From positions 928,001 to 992,000 of the forward strand of contig CAVVPN010000012.1 in the NCBI GenBank assembly GCA_963750165.1: 64,000 nucleotides of DNA, written 5' to 3'. Under the pieces are notes generated by a model that saw only the letters and a program-made list of their open reading frames with translations, made no database searches and was not told where the DNA came from. The position numbers were made by a program, and so were the translations under genes. The DNA comes from an uncultured Gemmataceae bacterium (lineage in GTDB: Bacteria > Planctomycetota > Planctomycetia > Gemmatales > Gemmataceae). Every line of letters begins with the position of its first letter. The first letter of the stretch is position 1. Positions 58,165 through 64,000 of the stretch are shown one piece after another.

Positions 58165-61100
58165 ATGGCGGTACGGGTTGAACATCAGGCCGAACCAATC
58201 CCCGGGTACCGGCTCATTGAACGCCTCGGTGGCGGCGGCTTCGGCGAGGTCTGGAAGGCCGAGGCCCCCGGCGGGCTCTTCAAGGCGATCAAGTTCGTTT
58301 ACGGCGACCTTGAATCCCTCGGTGAAGACGGCGCGCGCGCCGACCAGGAACTCAAGGCCCTCAAGCGCGTCAAGTCTGTTCACCATCCGTACATCCTGTC
58401 GCTCGAACGCTATGACATCATCGACGGCCAGTTGCTCATTGTCATGGAGCTGGCCGACCGCACGCTCTGGGACCGCTTCCGCGAATGTCGCGCCCAGGGC
58501 CTGCCCGGCATCCCGCGCGAGGAGTTGCTCAACTACCTCCGCGAGACCGCCGAGGCCCTCGACCTGATGAACATCCAGTATCAGTTGCAGCACCTGGACA
58601 TCAAGCCGCAGAACCTCTTCCTCATTCACAATCACGTCAAGGTCGCCGACTTCGGCCTGGTCAAGGATCTCGAAGGCATGATGGCGTCGGTGACCGGCGG
58701 CGTCACGCCCGGCTACGCGGCCCCGGAAACCTTCGACGGCTGGGTCAGCCGCTTTTGCGACCAGTATAGCCTGGCCATCGTCTATCAGGAACTGCTCACC
58801 GGCCAACGGCCCTTCGTCGGCACGACCGTGCGCCAGCTGGTGCTGCAACACCTCCAGGGCAAGCCCGATCTGTCACCGTTGCCGGCCCACGACAAGGCGA
58901 TCATTGCGCGGGCGCTGTCGAAGAACCCCGACCAGCGCTTCCCGACCTGCCAGGAACTGGCGCGGGAGCTGCGCGAGGCGGCCAGCGGCGGCCGGCCCAC
59001 GGCGCCGCCCCCCTCGCTGCCGCTGTTACCGCTCGAGTCCGGCACGGGAGCGGTGCCGACCCGCGAGATCGACAACGCCCCGCCCGCCGCCGAGACTCCC
59101 GGGGCCGCCCTGGGTCAGACGCCGGCCAGCCCCGAAGACGAAAAAACCCAGGGCGCTCCCCTGCGCCGGCCGCCGCCGATCCCCTCCCTGCCGACGCCCG
59201 GCGTCATGCCGTCGCACTCCGATCTCCACCCGCCGTTGGAGGTGGCCCCGTCGGCGCCGACGGTCGGCGGGGTCACGCCGCGGCCCGAGCCCAGTGAAAC
59301 GCCCGGCACCAGCAAGCCGCCCGTCACGCCGTCGTTCAGCAGCCGCAAGGATGCCGCCCGCCACCAGGCCGAGGGCGTCCTGCTGCCGGCCCTGGTCATC
59401 GGTCTGGGCCACCTCGGCCTGCGCACGCTCAAGGAACTGCGCCGCGAAATTCACGAGCGCTTCGGGCAGCGCCGCCGCCCTGCCCAACGTCCGCCTGCTA
59501 CACCTGGACACCGACGCCGAGACGACGCTGGCGGCGCCGCGCGGCAAGGCGCCCGCGGTGCTGCGGCCCAACGAGTCGCTGCTGGCCCGACTGTATCGGC
59601 CCAGCCACTACCTCAAGGGCGTCAGCGCCGGCCAGGGGGTGACCGGCTGGCTCAGTCCGAAGATGCTCTATCGTATCCCCCGGCAGCAGACCTCCGCTGG
59701 CCTGCGGGCGCTGGGCCGATTGGCCTTCGTGGACAACTACCCCAGCATTGTCCGCCGCCTGGAAGTCGAGTTGAGTGAGTGCTGCGACCCGGAGCGGCTG
59801 CAACAGGCCACCGAGCAGACCGGCCTGGCGGTGCGCGGCACCGTGCCGCGTGTCTACATCGTCACCAGCCTGGCGGGCGGCACCGGTAGCGGCATGTTCA
59901 TCGACCTGGCCTACGCGGTGCGGCACCTGCTCACGAAAATGGGCCAGGAGGCCGCCGAAGTCGTCGGCCTGTTCCTGGTGCCCGGCACCGAGGGCCCCGA
60001 CCCGCGGCGCGGGCCCCAGCTGGCCAACGCCTTCGCCGCCCTGACCGAACTGAACCACTTCGCCGGCCCCGACGCCGTGTTCGAGGCCCGCTACGCGCCG
60101 GAAGCGGGCGCGGCGCCGAAGCCGTTTCGGGCGTCCGGCCCGCCGCTGCACCGCTGCATTTTGATACCGCTGCCAGCCGACCCGCCCGGCTCCGAGCGCG
60201 TGCCCAGCGACGACGGCACGCCATCGCTGACCGAGGCCACGCAGACCGTGATCGCGCGCACCGGCCACTGCCTGTCCGCCGAGCTGGCCACCGCCCTGGG
60301 CAAGACCGCCGACCAGTTCCGCCAGCAACACGCCCTGCTGCGCGCCGCGCAGATCTGGCCGACCCGCCCGTCGGATGCGCCGCCCACGCTCGCTTACCAT
60401 ACGGTGGGCATTCATCGGCTGCTGTGGCCGCGGCGGCAGATGCTGGAGTTGGCGTCGCGGGGCCTGTGCCAGCGCCTGGTGAAGCGCTGGCTGAGCAAGG
60501 ACGCCAAGCCGTTGCGCGGGGTGGTCAAGGATTGGGTGGCGCAGCAGTGGGCGGAGTTCGGCCTGAGTCAGGAGCAGCTGATCGGCGATCTGCAACAGGC
60601 CTGCCGCGAAGCTCTGGGCAAGGCGCCGGAGGATGTGTTCGCAGACCTGGCGCTGCCGGTCTACCGCATGTTGACGCCGGTCAAGGGCAAGCCGCCCGAG
60701 CCGTCGCTCGCGCTGGGCGCGGTCGTCGAGACCCTGGAACAGTTTGAAGCGCTGGTCGGCATCCCCGAGGAGTACCGGGGCACGCCGAAGCCCGGCGAGC
60801 CGCTGGCCTATACGCCCGGCTCGCTGGAAGGCGTGCTGAGCGCCGCGGCGACGAAACTCGGTGACCGCTTTGAGCAGCGCGTCGCGGAGCTGGTCGTTCG
60901 TCTGATCGAGGCGCCGGAGGCCCGCCTGGCCGGCGCCGAAGAGGCCATTCGCCAGCTGAACGTGCTGATCGAACAGGCGCTGGCGAACCACGAGCAACTC
61001 AGCCAGGAGTTGCAGGAGCGGGCGACTGCCGTCTACGAGCGCCTGGCAGCGCTGCTGGAACAGCCCGCGCCCAACCCGGCCGGGCCCAAAACGCCCACCT

Positions 61101-62023
61101 GGAAGGCGCCGTTCACCCGCCGGCTGCCGGCCGCCACCTCGCTGGTCGCCCGGGAGTTGCAGGATTTGCTGCGGTCGTACCCGAAATACCGCTACCAAAG
61201 TTTGGTGCTGCAGCGCGTCAGCGGCCTGTACGTGGCGCTGCGCGGCCTGCTGTCGGACCAGTTGCGCGAGGTCGATTTCTGCCGGGCCCGCCTGACGGAG
61301 CTGCACGGGCTGTTCGAGGCCGGGGAGCAGACCTCGGCGGCGCGCGGCCAGGCGGTCGCTGGCCGCTGGCTGTTTCCCCCGGGCTGCGCCAGCCTGGACG
61401 ACGCGGTGCGCCGCCTGGAGGAGCGCGTGGGACCGGAGCAGTTGCTGGAACTGGATAAACACATTCAGGGCCTGCTGCGCAAGCAGTTCCGGGCGCTGCT
61501 GCAGGTGTGCATGTCGCCGGGCAACGTGCTGCGCGTGCTGATGCCGGCCATGATGCAAGAGACGGGCGCGTACCTGAGCCAGCACCTGGAGGACACCGCC
61601 GTGGCGGCGGTGTACCTGCGGCAGTACGGCGCCCAGCAGGAGAGCGGCAAGTACGCGCTGACGCCGCAGTTGCAAGAGGACCTGCAGGCGGCCTTCGGCA
61701 AGGCGGCGCCGGGCCTGGCCGGGGCGACGCCGGACGGCGAACTGTGCCTGCTGGCAGTGCCACAGGACGGTTGCGAACAGGTGTTCCGTCAGCTGGCCCA
61801 CCAGGCGCTGCCGGAGGCGCAGTGGAGCGTGGCGCCGGGAGGCGAGGAGATCATTTTTTACCGCGAACAGAGCCACCACTCGCTGTCGGCGTTCCAGCAG
61901 TTCGGGGCGCAGGCGCAGGAGGCGTATCAGCGGCTCAACGCCCTGGACCACGCGACGCCGCACGCCCGCGGGGACATCCCGGCCTGGCAGCCGCCCGACA
62001 CGAGCGGTCAGGCTTCCGCCTGA
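58165..62023 (+). CDS. Ser/Thr kinase fused to a tubulin-like GTPase domain, frameshift near 59465
   Basis: GGGGFG, HLDIKPQN, DFG, APE; VIGLGHLG and SLAGGTGSG tubulin signature. Confidence 0.85.
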
Positions 62024-62422
62024 GCCGCGCTCGAAGTGCCAAACGAACAGGCCCGCGGAGTCACCCCCGCGGGCCTGAGGCATTGCAAAATCGAGGTAGT
62101 GACTCCCAGCGCGAGACGGTTACTCAACGCGAGCACCGCCCAGTCACTACCTCGATGGTTCGCTGTGGCTGACACCCACAACGGTGGAAACATACCCGGC
62201 TCTCGCAGCACGGGCAAGCGCGGGCCCCGCCACGGGGCCGATTTTCCACCACCCGCCGCCGACGGTAGCGGCTGGCGCGGCTGCGCCGTTTATGTCGGTT
62301 AGGCAAGCGCTCGATCCGCCGTCCCGCCTGGCCGTCCCAGATTTCTCACCTCCCTGCCGGCGCCCCCAGCCGACAAGGAAAATACCTTTCTCATCCAGGT
62401 TTTCCACTGCCGTGAGGCGCAC

Positions 62423-62611
62423 ATGATGACGAGACGACTCCGCACGCCGTGGCTGCTGGTCGTGGGCGTGGCCCTGCTGATCCTCGGCGCCTGGGCTTTG
62501 CAACAGACGCTGCGGGGGCGGCCCAGCCCGCAGCGGCGGCCACAGCGGCTCGGAGCGGCCGCGCTGGTGTGGCCCGTGGTCGTGCCGGTCGTTCCCGGAT
62601 TGACGGCCTGA
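62423..62611 (+). CDS. Small hydrophobic protein
   Basis: One TM-like segment; GAGG upstream. Confidence 0.35.
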   Translation: MMTRRLRTPWLLVVGVALLILGAWALQQTLRGRPSPQRRPQRLGAAALVWPVVVPVVPGLTA

Positions 62612-62680
62612 GGGCCGGTCGCTATACCCCGCATCTGACCGTGGCCCGGAACAGCGGTCCAGCAACGCGGTGAGGTAGGG

Positions 62681-63700
62681 ATGACGCGGCAAATGTGGCG
62701 CCTGATCGTCGGAGCGGGGTGTTGCCTCAGCCTGCTGTCGGCGTGTGCGCAGGGCCCTGGCCGCCTGTATCAGACTGACTGCCGACCCTCCGCCGACAAG
62801 GCCGCGCTCGCCATCAAAGATCCGCCCCAGAGCAGCGCGGAGGAGCAGGAGCCGAAGGGACCGCCGCGGGAATCGCCCTACCACCTCATCCCGCCGCCGC
62901 CCATCGTCAAAAATCCAATCCCGATGCCACAGGCACCGCCACCGGCTGCCCTCTTCCCGGACACGCCGGCCAATGTGGGGCCGCCAGTTCAGCAGCTGGT
63001 AGCGCACCATGACGTGCCGCCGGAGGAGGTGAGCCGCCTGGTCAGTGCGTTAAACCTCTTCCTCAAGAAACGACCGCGCGAGGCGACGGCGGCCCTGAAG
63101 GGCTACAGCCCGCAGACGCAGGACTACCTGCTGCGGGTGCTGCCGACACTGGCGACCCTGGAGAAGACGAGCATTGAGCGGCTGTCGCCCGAAGAGGCGG
63201 CCGAATTGCAGGACCAGCTGGAAAACCTGGTGCAGACGCTGCGCAGTCGGGCCAACCTGGTCATTGGCGAAATGTGCCTGTGCGAGCGCATCCGGGGCTA
63301 CGGCGACTACGACCCGCTGCCGGCCGGCCATGCGTTCCAACCCACCCGTCAGGGACGGCCCGGCGACCTGGTGCAAATCTACCTGGAACTGCGGAACTTC
63401 GCCACCGAACCCCGCGACGGCTATTACCAGACCTGTCTGGACACCACCATCGAGCTGTTCCAGGATCACCAGGGCAAACCGGTGTCGGTCTGGAAGCGCA
63501 GCCTGCAGGACGGCCGCACCCCGCTGCGCAGCCTGACGCCGCGGCACGACTGCTTCAACAAGTACACCTTCTGTGTGCCGAACGTCGGGCCTGGCGAGTA
63601 TCAATTGACCATCCAGATAAAGGACCAGACGACGGCAGCGCGCGCCCGGCCGCCGGCTCACAAGACCATCCGCTTCGTCGTCGCCGAACCAACGCCCTGA
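62681..63700 (+). CDS. Hypothetical lipoprotein
   Basis: Lipobox LLSAC; Pro-rich linker; beta-rich C-terminus. Confidence 0.7.
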   Translation: MTRQMWRLIVGAGCCLSLLSACAQGPGRLYQTDCRPSADKAALAIKDPPQSSAEEQEPKGPPRESPYHLIPPPPIVKNPIPMPQAPPPAALFPDTPANVGPPVQQLVAHHDVPPEEVSRLVSALNLFLKKRPREATAALKGYSPQTQDYLLRVLPTLATLEKTSIERLSPEEAAELQDQLENLVQTLRSRANLVIGEMCLCERIRGYGDYDPLPAGHAFQPTRQGRPGDLVQIYLELRNFATEPRDGYYQTCLDTTIELFQDHQGKPVSVWKRSLQDGRTPLRSLTPRHDCFNKYTFCVPNVGPGEYQLTIQIKDQTTAARARPPAHKTIRFVVAEPTP

Positions 63701-63812
63701 AATCACCACAAAGACACAAAGAAACACAAAGGAAAGACCCAGGGAGAGTGAATCAACCTCTCCTTGTTCCTGTCTGCCTTCTTCGTGTTTCTTTGTGTCT
63801 TTGTGGTGATTT
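63700..63812. repeat. Long palindrome, CACCAC family
   Basis: aaatcaccacaaagacacaaagaaacac...gtgtttctttgtgtctttgtggtgattt. Confidence 0.85.
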
Positions 63813-63874
63813 TTGCCTCAACCGTTGTACAACACCCATTTCCCAGCAACTCACACCCGCACGGAGCCGCTGTT

Positions 63875-64000
63875 ATGAGCGAAGTCAAGGCGACCAACAT
63901 CACCTGGCACGAGGGCCACGTCACCCGCGAGGAGCGCGGCAAACTGCTCGGCCAGCAGGGAGCGACGCTGTGGTTCACCGGCCTGAGCGGCTCGGGCAAG
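63875..64000 (+). CDS. cysC: Adenylyl-sulfate kinase, partial
   Basis: [16 protein letters not shown]...[12 protein letters not shown]; runs off the window. Confidence 0.9.
   Translation, partial: MSEVKATNITWHEGHVTREERGKLLGQQGATLWFTGLSGSGK

Noticed and set aside
59860..59900. GGTGSG motif as ftsZ
   Set aside because: Embedded in a kinase fusion, with no dcw context and no other clear FtsZ motifs

Overview
High-GC bacterial DNA, most likely Planctomycetota (Gemmataceae-like). The assignment is inferred from DUF1559 proteins, a PPC-repeat protein, an LEALEDR-type N-terminal motif, MfnB, Uma2 paralogs, a kinase-tubulin fusion and two ECF sigma factors. Most of 13-64 kb is core or signalling content: amt-glnK, HD-GYP, a complete che cluster, dprA, proB, two ECF modules, a DEAD-box helicase, cysK, recD2, Rrf2-iscS-iscA, glnA, ispG, mfnB and partial cysC. 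The first 13 kb is accessory-like and is bracketed by two inverted copies of an unannotated ~172-bp non-coding element. It holds a vWA gene next to a kinase/pseudo-PP2C fusion (TerY-P-like), a decayed HYD1-type ADP-ribosyltransferase toxin operon hit by a nonsense codon and an IS3 insertion, and an HMG-CoA reductase + UbiA pair. It also holds the top finding: a secreted thioredoxin-fold gene split in the ORF track by an in-frame TGA, followed by a SECIS-like hairpin and resembling the selenocysteine region of eukaryotic selenoprotein N. At least eight genes carry small indels, probably sequencing errors. Intergenic DNA contains many families of REP/REPIN-like palindromes. No rRNA, tRNA or CRISPR array was recognised. 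All family assignments come from motif recognition by eye, not from searches.
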